This document shows positions 30,616 to 39,954 of a stretch of DNA of 64,000 bases, piece after piece. The notes under the pieces were generated by a model. It was not told the origin of the DNA. It saw only the letters and a program-made list of their open reading frames with translations, and ran no database searches. The stretch is taken from NCBI GenBank assembly GCA_965219085.1, contig OZ244720.1, positions 128,001 through 192,000 of the forward strand, in the 5' to 3' direction. Positions within the stretch are counted from its first letter, which is position 1. Each line of letters begins with the position of its first letter. A program made the translations under genes and the position numbers. The DNA is from Dehalococcoidia bacterium (GTDB taxonomy: Bacteria > Chloroflexota > Dehalococcoidia > UBA2979).

Positions 30616-31593
30616 CTAGGAGCGGCGCTCGACCACGAACTCGGCGAGGCGCTCCAGGGTGTGGCGCGGCTCACCGCCCGGCAGCGCGTCGAGGGCCTTG
30701 ACTGCCTCTCTGGCAAAGCGACGACCCGTCTCGAGCGACTCCTCGAGGAGCCCGGACGCGCGGATCTCCTCGATCGCGCGCTGCAGGTTGGCGCGCCTGC
30801 GCACGCCGTCGAACGCGCGGCGGATCGGATTGTCGTCGGGGTAGCGCTCCATGTACAGCAGCGCCGGCAGCGTGAGCGTGCCGGCGAGGAGGTCCGAGCC
30901 GACCGGCTTGCCGAGCTCCTCGGACGTGGCGCTGAAGTCGAGCACGTCGTCGACGATCTGAAACGCCATGCCGAGCTGCGCGCCGTAGCGGCGCGCGGCC
31001 TCGACGTGGGGCTCGGGCGCGCCGCAGACGATCGCGCCGCCCTCGCTCGCGGTCGCGAAGAGGGAGGCGGTCTTGCCGTAGATGCGGTCGAGGTAGCGCT
31101 GCACGTCGCGCGAGTACTCGTAGGCGGAAACGTCCTGGCTGAGTTCGCCGGTCGCCATCACGCGCAGCGTGTCGGCGAAGTTGCGGATCACGCGGATGTT
31201 GCCCGTGCGCGCCACGAACTCCGCAGCGTGCGCGAACATGTAGTCGCCCAGCATCACGCTCGGCGCGTTGTTGAACTGCGACGCCGCCGTCGGGCGGCCG
31301 CGACGCTCCTCGGCCATGTCGATCACGTCGTCGTGGACGAGCGTCGCCGTGTGCAGTAGCTCGACGCTCGCGGCCATCGGCACGAGCAGGTCAAGGTCGT
31401 AGCTGCCGAGGCGACCCGCGAGCAGGCTCACCGCGGGTCGCATACGCTTCCCGCTCCCGCCGAGCGCCGCCTCGAGCATCTCGCGCAGCCACGGGAAGTC
31501 GACGTCGTAGAGCGAGGCGAGCAGTTCGTCGACGGCCGGCAGGTCGTCGGCGACGGGGCCGTACAGCGCGAACTGATCGACGCGCGTCGTCAC
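30616..31593 (-). CDS. Polyprenyl diphosphate synthase
   Basis: GKRMRP, LVHDDVID..RRG, KTASLF, FQIVDDVLD. Confidence 0.92.
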   Translation of the reverse strand: MTTRVDQFALYGPVADDLPAVDELLASLYDVDFPWLREMLEAALGGSGKRMRPAVSLLAGRLGSYDLDLLVPMAASVELLHTATLVHDDVIDMAEERRGRPTAASQFNNAPSVMLGDYMFAHAAEFVARTGNIRVIRNFADTLRVMATGELSQDVSAYEYSRDVQRYLDRIYGKTASLFATASEGGAIVCGAPEPHVEAARRYGAQLGMAFQIVDDVLDFSATSEELGKPVGSDLLAGTLTLPALLYMERYPDDNPIRRAFDGVRRRANLQRAIEEIRASGLLEESLETGRRFAREAVKALDALPGGEPRHTLERLAEFVVERRS

Positions 31594-32405
31594 GATGGCA
31601 ACTCGAAGCTGAAGAGGCGCGCGGCGTTCTCCGCCGTGACGCGCGAGATGTGCTCCGGCGTGTCGCCGCGCAGCTGGGCGACGAACGCGATGGTCTCGAG
31701 GATGTAGGCTGGCTCGTTGCGGCTGCCGAGGTTCGACTGCGGCGTCAGCGCCGGAGCGTCGGTCTCCACGAGCAGCGACTCGAGCGGCGCGGTGCGGGCC
31801 ACGTCCTGGCGACGCGTGGCGCCGGGGTACGTGACGGGGCCGGGGATCGAAAGCAGGAAGCCGAGCGCGCGGTAGCGCTCGCCGAGCTCGGTGTCGCCGG
31901 CGTAGCAGTGCATCATCCCGATCTCGCGGTCCGGCCCGAGGTAGCGCCCGACGCGGCCCGCCCACTCGGCGATGACCTCGTAGGCCTCCTCGTCGGCGTC
32001 GCGGCTGTGGATGACGACGGGCAGCTCGGCCTCGCGCGCGAGTTCGAGCTGGAAGCGGAACGCCTCGTACTGGATGTCCTGCGGCGACAGGTTGCGATAG
32101 AAGTCGAGCCCCATCTCGCCAAGGCCGACGAAGCGCCCGCTGAGCGCCTGATCACGCAGTCGATCGCGCTCCTGCGGCAGGTCCTTCGCGCTGTGCGGGT
32201 GGAGGCCGGCGACGGCGTGGATGCGCTCGTCGCGGGCGGCGACGGCGTACGCCTCCTCGCTGCTCTCGGCGCTGCCGCCGACCTCGACGACGGCGACGAG
32301 GCCGGAGAGCCAGGCACGCTCCATTACCTCGTCGTAGTCATTGCGGAACGCCCGCGACCACGTGTGCGAGTGCGCGTCGACGATCGGTGCGTCGAGTGGG
32401 CTCAT
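31590..32405 (-). CDS. tatD: TatD family hydrolase
   Basis: DAHSH, GLHPH, GEMGLDF, IHSRDA, ETDAP, RNEP. Confidence 0.92.
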   Translation of the reverse strand: MSPLDAPIVDAHSHTWSRAFRNDYDEVMERAWLSGLVAVVEVGGSAESSEEAYAVAARDERIHAVAGLHPHSAKDLPQERDRLRDQALSGRFVGLGEMGLDFYRNLSPQDIQYEAFRFQLELAREAELPVVIHSRDADEEAYEVIAEWAGRVGRYLGPDREIGMMHCYAGDTELGERYRALGFLLSIPGPVTYPGATRRQDVARTAPLESLLVETDAPALTPQSNLGSRNEPAYILETIAFVAQLRGDTPEHISRVTAENAARLFSFELPS

Positions 32406-32442
32406 GGCGTGGTCCTCCGTACTGGCGACCGATCTGGGGCCT

Positions 32443-34110
32443 TCACTGGCCCAGCCTCGCCTCCTCCTCCTCGACGAGCGAGTCGTCGAGCTTGCGGAAC
32501 AGCGGCGCGGGCTCCGGCAGCGGCGTGCCCGCCGCGATCGGCGTGCGCTGCCAGCCGGCGGCCTGGATATCGCCCTCGCACCCGGCGAGCGCCCACGCGC
32601 GCGGCGAGGTGAACGGCAGGAACGGCTGGAACAGCGTGGCCAGCCCCGCGATCGCGTGGATCGCCGTCGACAGCGTCTCCGCCGCCGAGTCGCGATCCTC
32701 GCGCACGGCGACCCACGGCGCGCGCTCGTCGAGGTAGCGGTTCGCCTCCTGCGCCACGCTCATCGCCGCCTGCAACCCGGCTCGCAGGCGCAGCGCGTCG
32801 ATGTGCCCGCCAACCTCGTCGAAGGCCGCGTCGACGCGCGCGAGCAGCGCGGCCGACTCGGGCGCGAGCGTCGCAGGCGCCTCGGGCATGCGCGCGTCGA
32901 AGTGGCGGCGGGTGAGCGTGAGCACGCGGTGGACGAGGTTCCCCCAGCGCGCGACCAGCTCGTCGTTGTTGCGGCGCACGTACTCGGCCCACGTGAAGTC
33001 GGTGTCGGAGGTCTCGGGCATCATCGCGGTCAGCGCGTAGCGCAGCGGGTCCGGGTCGTGGCGGTCGAGGTAGTCCGGCATCCAGATCGCCCAGTTGCGC
33101 GACGACGATGCCTTCGAGCCGGAGATGGTGACGTACTGGTTGGCGGGCACGTCGTAAGGCAGGTTGAGGCCGCCGTAGCCGAGCAGCATGGCCGGCCAGA
33201 TCGTCGTGTGGAACGGGACGTTGTCCTTGCCCTGGAAGTAGACGATGCGCGACGCGGGGTCCTTCCACCACGCCTCCCACTCGTCCGGCTCGCCCGAGAT
33301 CTGCGCCCACTCCTTCGTCGCGGAGAGGTAGCCGATGACCGCCTCGAACCACACGTAGATGCGCTTCTCGTCCCAGCCGTCGAGGGGCACCGGGACGCCC
33401 CACTCGATGTCGCGCGTGATCGCGCGGTCGTGCAGGCCCTCGCGCAGCAGGCCGAGCGTGAAGTTGCGTACGGCCGGTCGCCAGTGCTCCAGCGGATCGA
33501 CCCACGCGAGCAGTTCGTCGTTGAAGGCGGTGAGGCGCAGGAAACAGTGGTTCGTCCGGCGCGGCTGCGGCGTCGAATCGGACAGTCGCGAGCGGGGATC
33601 GATGAGTTCGAGGGCGTCCATCGTGCGGCCGCACTGGTCGCACTGGTCGCCGCGCGCGTCGGTGTAGTCGCAGTACGGGCAGGTGCCCTCGACGTAGCGG
33701 TCGGGCAGGAAGCGTTCGGCCTCGGGGTCGAACAGCATCGTCATCTCGGCTTCGTAGATGTGCCCTTGCTCATGGAGGCGCAGGAACATGTCCTGCGTCA
33801 CCTCCGCGTGGTTCGGGGTGCCGGTCGACGTGAACAGGTCGAAAGAGATGCCGAAGCGCTCGAACGTGTCGAGGAACGACGCGTGGTTGGTCGCGATCAC
33901 TTCCTGGGGCGTGACGCCCTGCTGCTCGGCGCTGATCGTGACGGGCGTGCCATGCACGTCGGAGCCGGAGACCATGAGCATGCGGTCGCCGCGCATGCGG
34001 TGGTAGCGCGAGAAGATGTCGGCCGGCAGGTAGGCGCCGGCGATCTGGCCCGCGTGCAGGGCGCTGTTCGCGTATGGCCAGGCGACGGCGGCGAGGACGG
34101 TTTCGGGCAT
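32443..34110 (-). CDS. metG: Methionine--tRNA ligase
   Basis: PYAN..HAGQ, GSDVHG, CPYC..CDQC knuckle, YVWFEA, GKDNVPFH. Confidence 0.95.
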   Translation of the reverse strand: MPETVLAAVAWPYANSALHAGQIAGAYLPADIFSRYHRMRGDRMLMVSGSDVHGTPVTISAEQQGVTPQEVIATNHASFLDTFERFGISFDLFTSTGTPNHAEVTQDMFLRLHEQGHIYEAEMTMLFDPEAERFLPDRYVEGTCPYCDYTDARGDQCDQCGRTMDALELIDPRSRLSDSTPQPRRTNHCFLRLTAFNDELLAWVDPLEHWRPAVRNFTLGLLREGLHDRAITRDIEWGVPVPLDGWDEKRIYVWFEAVIGYLSATKEWAQISGEPDEWEAWWKDPASRIVYFQGKDNVPFHTTIWPAMLLGYGGLNLPYDVPANQYVTISGSKASSSRNWAIWMPDYLDRHDPDPLRYALTAMMPETSDTDFTWAEYVRRNNDELVARWGNLVHRVLTLTRRHFDARMPEAPATLAPESAALLARVDAAFDEVGGHIDALRLRAGLQAAMSVAQEANRYLDERAPWVAVREDRDSAAETLSTAIHAIAGLATLFQPFLPFTSPRAWALAGCEGDIQAAGWQRTPIAAGTPLPEPAPLFRKLDDSLVEEEEARLGQ

Positions 34111-34165
34111 CGGCGCGATCGTAGCACCTGCGCCCCGCACGGCCACGCACGGCCGGCGCCCCGCC

Positions 34166-34904
34166 ATGCGGTACGCTGCATCCCCGAGGACCTCACCATC
34201 ATCATCCCCGCCTACAACGAGAGGGCTTACCTCGCCTCCACCCTCGACGCCATCGCGGCCGCCGTCGCGCACCTCCGCGCGAGCAGCGGCGTCGAGGTCG
34301 AGACGATCGTCGTCGACAACCACAGCGGGGACGCGACCGCCTCGATCGCCCGCTCGAAGGGCGCGACGGTGAACCGGTGCAGGGCATCGGCCGCGCGCGC
34401 AATGCGGGCGCGCGCGCCGCGCGCGGCGAGGTGCTCGTCTTCATCGACTCCGACGTGATCGTGCCGCGCACGCTCCTCGATGCCATCCACAACGCGATGC
34501 GCGACCCGGCGTGCGTCGGTGGCGCGGTCGATGTCGACTACCGCCCACAACGGCGCTCGATGCGGCTCTACCTGCGCGCGTGGCGGCTGCTCGCACGCGT
34601 CACGGGCATGGCGCAAGGCGCGGCGCAGTTCAGCCGCGAGCGCGCGTTCGAGGACATCAGAGGCTACGACGAGCAGGTGTGGATCGGCGAGGACGTCGAC
34701 TTCTACTGGCGCCTGAAGCGCCTGGCGAAGCGCTCGAACGGCTCGACGCGCTTCATCTGGCAGCCGCGCGTGCGGCCGTCGTCCCGGCGGTTCGACCGCT
34801 GGCCGCTGTGGCGCGTGCTGATCTGGACGAACCCGCTCTTCATCGCGCTGCTGCGGCGCTGGAAACGGGCCTGGAGCGGCTGGTATGCGGACCCGGTGCG
34901 GTAG
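34166..34904 (+). pseudogene. Glycosyltransferase family 2, frameshifted
   Basis: TIIIPAYNE..VVDNHSGD in one frame, GRARNAG..FIDSD..GEDVDF in another; shifts near 34190 and 34370. Confidence 0.75.
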
Positions 34905-35030
34905 GCGGGCGAGGGGCCGGTCCTCGCTACGGCGTGGTCCGGCACGGATCGCATCAGAAGTCCTGTCACCAGGCGAGGGGATGGGCGTCACGAGTCCTGC
35001 CGACGCGCAACGCGCAAGGCGCATGTCACC

Positions 35031-35049
35031 GTAATGCAATATGCATTAC
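35031..35049. promoter_or_regulatory. Putative TA operator GTAATGCA-N3-TGCATTAC
   Basis: Perfect 8-bp inverted repeat overlapping a TACAAT -10 six bases before ATG 35059. Confidence 0.6.
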
Positions 35050-35058
35050 AATCGCAGC

Positions 35059-35334
35059 ATGCCGACGCGGGTGGCGCTCATCATCGAGGCGCGCGGCGAG
35101 CTGTTCCGCTTCTACTACGATCTGGAAGCGCCAGAAGTGCTCCACATCACGCTGCGGCACGGCGCCACGCCCCAGGACGCCATCCGCGCGTTCTTCGAAG
35201 GCGAGGGCGGATCGTGGGATGAGGCCAGGCAGCGATTCGAGACCATGAGCGAGACACACGGCCTCTACTGGACGCGCCACGCGCACGACCGCTCGGTGAT
35301 CGTAATCAGTTGCTTTGAACGGGAGAGGGAATGA
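35059..35334 (+). CDS. BrnT-like toxin (divergent)
   Basis: HITLRHGATPQDAIRAF..VIVISCF pattern; toxin-first, coupled to next gene. Confidence 0.5.
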   Translation: MPTRVALIIEARGELFRFYYDLEAPEVLHITLRHGATPQDAIRAFFEGEGGSWDEARQRFETMSETHGLYWTRHAHDRSVIVISCFERERE

Positions 35335-35657
35335 TGGCCAATCCACGAAAGCCCCTCGACATGAAGGTCGTCTCCGAGCGCGTCGAGGAGGACGCTCACG
35401 TTTCTGAGCTCGTCTCGCGCCTTGAGGCGGAGGCAGACCGCGAACTCGGAACAGGCAGCGTCAGCCTCCGTTGGGGCAAGGGGCAGATCGCCGTCGTCAA
35501 GCGAGCAGCCGCCATCCTCGGCGTGCCCTACCAGACCTATCTCAAGCAAGTGGTCTTCCGCCAGGCGCTCGCCGACATCGAGCAAGCCACGGCAGTGTTC
35601 GCCTCGGAGCGGCAGGAGCAGGACCCTGGCTGGCGATCCCGGTCGCGCACGAGTTGA
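35331..35657 (+). CDS. BrnA/CopG-like antitoxin
   Basis: VSLRW..VKRAAAILGVPYQTYLKQVV RHH motif. Confidence 0.65.
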   Translation: MMANPRKPLDMKVVSERVEEDAHVSELVSRLEAEADRELGTGSVSLRWGKGQIAVVKRAAAILGVPYQTYLKQVVFRQALADIEQATAVFASERQEQDPGWRSRSRTS

Positions 35658-35812
35658 CGTGGCGCCTGCGGGCGCCCTGCAACGCCTGGTTCGCGTCTCT
35701 CCACAAGGCGCACCGGCCGCTCGCGCAGTCACACCGAGGAGGGCCGGCAGTTCACCATGACCTGCGGCTGCCCTCCGCCCGGTAGCAGGTACTGTTGATG
35801 CACTACGCAGCG

Positions 35813-35950
35813 TTGACCCTCGATCCCGCTGGTTCTACCATTCACAAAAGCAGGGTGACCGTGGCGGGACCCATGCGACAGCCTGGCAACCGATCGTCCC
35901 GGGGTGTATCCCGGGCCAGACCCCTCCCGAGTGGCGGGGTCTTCGTGTAT
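35813..35950 (+). promoter_or_regulatory. Promoter TTGACC-N17-TACCAT plus structured attenuator-like leader of guaB
   Basis: Hexamers at 35813-35818 and 35836-35841; hairpins CCCGGG/CCCGGG and AGACCCC/GGGGTCT. Confidence 0.55.
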
Positions 35951-36041
35951 CCGCACCCCCGGATGCCATCCCCCAGCCGCCGTCTTCGCCGCCTGACGCC
36001 GATGGACCACGTGTGATCACGACGGAAGAGGGGATCCGGAG

Positions 36042-37190
36042 ATGATGGCCGAACGCAAGAGCCTCGAGCGCGCGTGGGGGTTCGACGATGTCGCGATCGT
36101 CCCCGGCGCCGTGACCACGAACCCCGACCTCGTCGAGCCCACCTTCACGCTGGGCGAGCACACCTTCGAGTTCCCGATCCTCGCCTCGGCGATGGACGCG
36201 GTCGTCGACCCATCGTTCGCAGGCGACCTCACGCGGGCCGGCGGCCTCGCCGTCCTCAACCTCGAGGGCCTGCAGACGCGCTACGAGGACACCGCCGCCG
36301 TCCTCGACGAGATCGCCGCGGCCACCCTCGAGCACGCCACCGAGATCATCCAGCACGTCTACTCCCAGCCGATCCGCGACGACCTCGTCGGCCGGCGCGT
36401 CGAGGAGATCCGCGAGCGCGGCGGCATCGCGGCCGTCAGCGCCACTCCGGCGAACACGAAGCGCCTCGCGCCGATCGCCAGGGACGCCGGCGCGAGCTTC
36501 TTCGCCGTGCAGTCCACCGTCACCACCGCGCGCCACGTCTCGCGCTCGCTACGCGGCCTGCAGCTCGACGAACTCGTCGAGCAGATCGCGCCGCTCCCGG
36601 TGCTCGTCGGCAACACGGTCGACACCGGCGCGGCGGTGGAGCTGATGGAGACCGGCGTCCACGCCATCCTCGTCGGAGTGGGGCCGGGTGCGGCGTGCAC
36701 CTCGCGCGAGGTGCTCGGCATCGGCATCCCGCAGGTCAGCGCCACCCTCGACACCGCCTACGCGCGCGACCTGTACTACGAGCGCACGGGCCGCTACGTC
36801 CCGATCATCACGGACGGCGGCATCCGCACGGGCGGCGACCTCTCGAAGTCGATCTGCGCGGGCGCCGACGCGGTCATGATCGGCTCGCCCTTCGCGGCGA
36901 CGAAGGAGGCCCCGGGCCGCGGCTACCACTGGGGCATGGCGACGCCGCACGCGGAGCTGCCGCGCGGCGTGCGCGTCCACGTCGGCCAGCCGCGCACCCT
37001 CGACACACTGCTCTTCGGCCCGACCTCACGCACCGACGGCACCGAGAACCTCGTCGGCGCGCTCCGCACGTCGATGGCGACATGCGGCGCGTCGACGATC
37101 GCCGAGTTCCACGCGGCGCGGATGGTGATCGCCCCGTCGATCAAGACGGAGGGGAAGATCTACCAGATGGCCCAGCGGACGCCCGGGTAG
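36042..37190 (+). CDS. guaB: GuaB3-type IMP dehydrogenase family protein
   Basis: FDDVAIVP, ASAMD, GVGPGAACTSR, ITDGGI, WGMA; no CBS domain. Confidence 0.88.
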   Translation: MMAERKSLERAWGFDDVAIVPGAVTTNPDLVEPTFTLGEHTFEFPILASAMDAVVDPSFAGDLTRAGGLAVLNLEGLQTRYEDTAAVLDEIAAATLEHATEIIQHVYSQPIRDDLVGRRVEEIRERGGIAAVSATPANTKRLAPIARDAGASFFAVQSTVTTARHVSRSLRGLQLDELVEQIAPLPVLVGNTVDTGAAVELMETGVHAILVGVGPGAACTSREVLGIGIPQVSATLDTAYARDLYYERTGRYVPIITDGGIRTGGDLSKSICAGADAVMIGSPFAATKEAPGRGYHWGMATPHAELPRGVRVHVGQPRTLDTLLFGPTSRTDGTENLVGALRTSMATCGASTIAEFHAARMVIAPSIKTEGKIYQMAQRTPG

Positions 37191-37204
37191 GCAGGGGCAC
37201 CCTG

Positions 37205-38026
37205 GTGGCGGAAGACCGATGGCTGCCACTGAGCGTCCGGAACGATCCGGAACGTGCGAGGGCGTTTGATGTTCTTCATAAGGGTGTGCCGGACTGGCTG
37301 CGAGGCGAATTCCTTAGGTGGATCGTCGATACCAGTCACCATCCTAGCTGGCGAGACCAGATGGATTCGCGGATCCGGGAGCCGATGCAGCTTGCCCTGC
37401 GTACGGTCATCCCCTCGTACTTCAGTCAGATCTCGGTCGAGTTGTATCTCGATGTGATCGACTACCTCCTCCACCATGCACGCGTCCCTGAGTACCGCAT
37501 TGGGGATCTCGAGCGCGTACTCTCGGACGGGGGCTCGGCGTGGCGCGCGACACCCCGAGGTCTAGAAGGCCGAGTCGACGAGACGCTGCAGGGCATCGCC
37601 GAGTCGGTCTTCGCGACGGACAGCCGCCCGGCGGACTACTTGAGGAGCGCGTGGCACAAGGCGTGGGGCCGAGAGCCCGATCCCACCGGTGCCTACCGTG
37701 AGGCTGTCCGTGCCGTCGAAGCGGCCTTCGCGCCCACTGTCTCGCCGAATAATGGACGGCCGACGCTCGGTACCATCATTGCCGATATCAACAACAAGCC
37801 GTCCAAGTTCTCTGTAAGGCTTCAGGCGGACACGCCCAACGCGAACGTCGAGCGGATCGTCGGCATGCTGCGGATGCTCTGGAAGTCGCAGCTCGACCGC
37901 CATGGGACTGCGGATGAATCTGTCCCGCTCAACGTGACCCTCGACGAGGCGCGGGACGCCCTCGCGCTCGCGACCACGCTCGTGCACCTCGCGCAGCAAG
38001 GCGGTTTCTCGGCGAACGGGAACTGA
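37205..38026 (+). CDS. Hypothetical protein, abortive-infection (AbiJ/Abi_C)-like
   Basis: AWHKAWGREPDPTGAYREAVRAVEAA..TLGTII..DRHG..EARDAL resembles Abi_C/HEPN-type C-termini (from memory); atypical codon use. Confidence 0.5.
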   Translation: MAEDRWLPLSVRNDPERARAFDVLHKGVPDWLRGEFLRWIVDTSHHPSWRDQMDSRIREPMQLALRTVIPSYFSQISVELYLDVIDYLLHHARVPEYRIGDLERVLSDGGSAWRATPRGLEGRVDETLQGIAESVFATDSRPADYLRSAWHKAWGREPDPTGAYREAVRAVEAAFAPTVSPNNGRPTLGTIIADINNKPSKFSVRLQADTPNANVERIVGMLRMLWKSQLDRHGTADESVPLNVTLDEARDALALATTLVHLAQQGGFSANGN

Positions 38027-38029
38027 GCG

Positions 38030-38065
38030 CTACCCGAGCAAGCTGACCACGGCCGTCACCAGCGC
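38030..38065 (-). pseudogene. 3' remnant of a DUF1640-like gene
   Basis: Encodes ALVTAVVSLLG-stop, nearly the same as the end of 40495..40741. Confidence 0.5.
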
Positions 38066-38289
38066 AGGTGTCGCTCCTAGGCGGGAAGTCCGAGGCGTCA
38101 AAACTGCACACCTGCTATACTTGTTGTGTCAAATACATGACGGATAGCAGGAAGTGTTCCCATTCCGGTAGAGAACCACGCTGACCCCACGCCCGATACG
38201 TGCGACATCTGCATGTATGCGGTCGAGCACCCGGGGACGGATCTTCGCTATGAGCGCGGGCTCGTCAATCTGGCAGGGGATCTCTAATG

Positions 38290-38490
38290 GGGCCCGACCA
38301 GCGGCCAGAGGTTCTCTGGCAGACTGGTTCTGGACCCTGCCAGCCGGTGAGCTCTCAGCTGATCCCTGCGGCTTCTGGACCGCTTCACGAAGACCGAGCC
38401 CCTGCTGGTATTCCGGGTTGTTCTGCAGCACTCATGGGGTGTCGTGCCATCGAGCACTGATCCATTAGGCCGTCGCAGGAACCAACCCGC
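38290..38490 (+). ncRNA. Predicted IS110 bridge RNA (boundaries approximate)
   Basis: Target loop guides GATCCCT / CACGAAGA and donor loop guides TGGGGTGTC / CCATTAG match target and donor junctions. Confidence 0.75.
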
Positions 38491-38535
38491 CGGGTCGCAC
38501 CGAGCAGCGCGAAGCGGGAGAGGAACTGAAACACG

Positions 38536-39759
38536 ATGGCCTTGTACCTGGGCGATGACTGGTCCGAAGACCACCACGACGTCCATCTCATGAACGACGC
38601 GGGCGAGCGGCTCGCCGCCCGGCGTCTGCCCGAAGGGGTGGAGGGCATCACTGCCCTGCACGGACTGGTCGCCGGGTACGCCTCAGGGCCGGGTGAGGTG
38701 ATCGTCGGCATCGAGACGGACCGCGGCCCCTGGGTCGCGGCACTGCTCGCGGCCGGCTACCACGTCTACGCCATCAACCCGCGCTCGGCGTCGCGTTACC
38801 GCGACCGCCACCACGTCGGCGGCGCCAAGTCCGACGCCGGCGACGCGAAGCTGCTCGCCGACCTCGTCCGCACCGACCGGCACAACCACCGGGAGGTCGC
38901 CGGCGACAGCGACGAAGCCGCCGCGGTGCGCATCCTCGCCCGCGCCCACCAGCAGTTGATCTGGGACCGCGTCCGCCAGACCAACCGGCTGCGCAACGCG
39001 CTCAGGGAGTACTTTCCGGGTGCGCTGGAGGCCTTCCCCGACCTCGCGCACGACGACGCGGTGGGCGTGCTGGCGACAGCGCCTGGCCCGCGCGAGGCGG
39101 CGCGGCTGAGCATCACCCAGATCCGCTCCGCGCTGCGCCGCGGCGGCCGCCGGCGCAACATCGAGCGGCGCGCCGCCGAGGTCCGCGACGCGCTGCGCTC
39201 ACCGCAGCTCGAGGCTCCGCCCGCGGTGAGCAAGGCATTCGCCGCGAGCACCAGTGCGGCAATGAGGGTGATCGGCGAGATCAACCGTCAGATCAAGGAG
39301 CTCGAGGCCGAGCTCGCGAGCCATTTTGAGCAGCACCCGGACGCCGGTATCTACCGTTCCCTGCCCGGTCTCGGCGTGGTCCTCGGCGCCCGGGTGCTTG
39401 GCGAGTTCGGGGATGACCCCGAACGCTACGAGTCGGCGAAGTCCCGCAGGAACTACGCCGGCACGTCGCCGCTGACGGTAGCATCCGGCCGCAAGCACAC
39501 CGTGAAAGCCCGCTTCGTCCGCAACCGGCGCCTCTACGACGCAGTCGACCAGTGGGCGCTGTGCTCCCTGCAGGCCAGCCCCGGCTGCCGCGAGTTCTAC
39601 GATCGGCGGCGCGCCGCGGGCGACCTCCACCACCAGGCGCTCCGCGCCCTCGGCAACCGTCTCGTCGGCTACCTACATGGCTGCCTGAAGCGCCGCTTGC
39701 CCTACGACGAGACGACCGCCTGGGGACACCGTTACACCCACGAGGACCTCGCTGCTTGA
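38536..39759 (+). CDS. IS110 DEDD recombinase/transposase
   Basis: LGDDWS, GIE, KSDAGDA; C-terminal SLPGLG..YAGTSP..ASG. Confidence 0.95.
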   Translation: MALYLGDDWSEDHHDVHLMNDAGERLAARRLPEGVEGITALHGLVAGYASGPGEVIVGIETDRGPWVAALLAAGYHVYAINPRSASRYRDRHHVGGAKSDAGDAKLLADLVRTDRHNHREVAGDSDEAAAVRILARAHQQLIWDRVRQTNRLRNALREYFPGALEAFPDLAHDDAVGVLATAPGPREAARLSITQIRSALRRGGRRRNIERRAAEVRDALRSPQLEAPPAVSKAFAASTSAAMRVIGEINRQIKELEAELASHFEQHPDAGIYRSLPGLGVVLGARVLGEFGDDPERYESAKSRRNYAGTSPLTVASGRKHTVKARFVRNRRLYDAVDQWALCSLQASPGCREFYDRRRAAGDLHHQALRALGNRLVGYLHGCLKRRLPYDETTAWGHRYTHEDLAA

Positions 39760-39954
39760 CCCCTTAGCGTCCTGGGGTGTCTTCGTGGATGGTCTCGCCA
39801 ATGCTGGAGACGAGCCGCTCATGCTCCGCTCGCTGGCAGTCAGCACTGTGGGCGTCGAGCCCGGCCCCGTGCATCGAATGGAGCCGCGGCACTGGTACTG
39901 GGCCATCTGGCATGAACGCGACGTAGTGTTGTCCCTGCGGAAGAGGTACAGACG

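Larger units (their letters stand above)
38286..39782 (+). mobile_element. IS110-family element with CT core at both junctions
   Basis: CT at 38284-38285 and 39781-39782; no TIRs; ~250-nt left non-coding end; excision restores an ORF. Confidence 0.88.

Noticed and set aside
35831-35841. GGTTCTACC resembling the purine riboswitch core
   Set aside because: Flanking P2/P3 stems and loop motifs are absent; it fits better as a -10 box
36074-38026. 650-aa ORF spanning guaB
   Set aside because: Only the part from GTG 37205 looks like a real protein; the rest is an alternate frame over guaB
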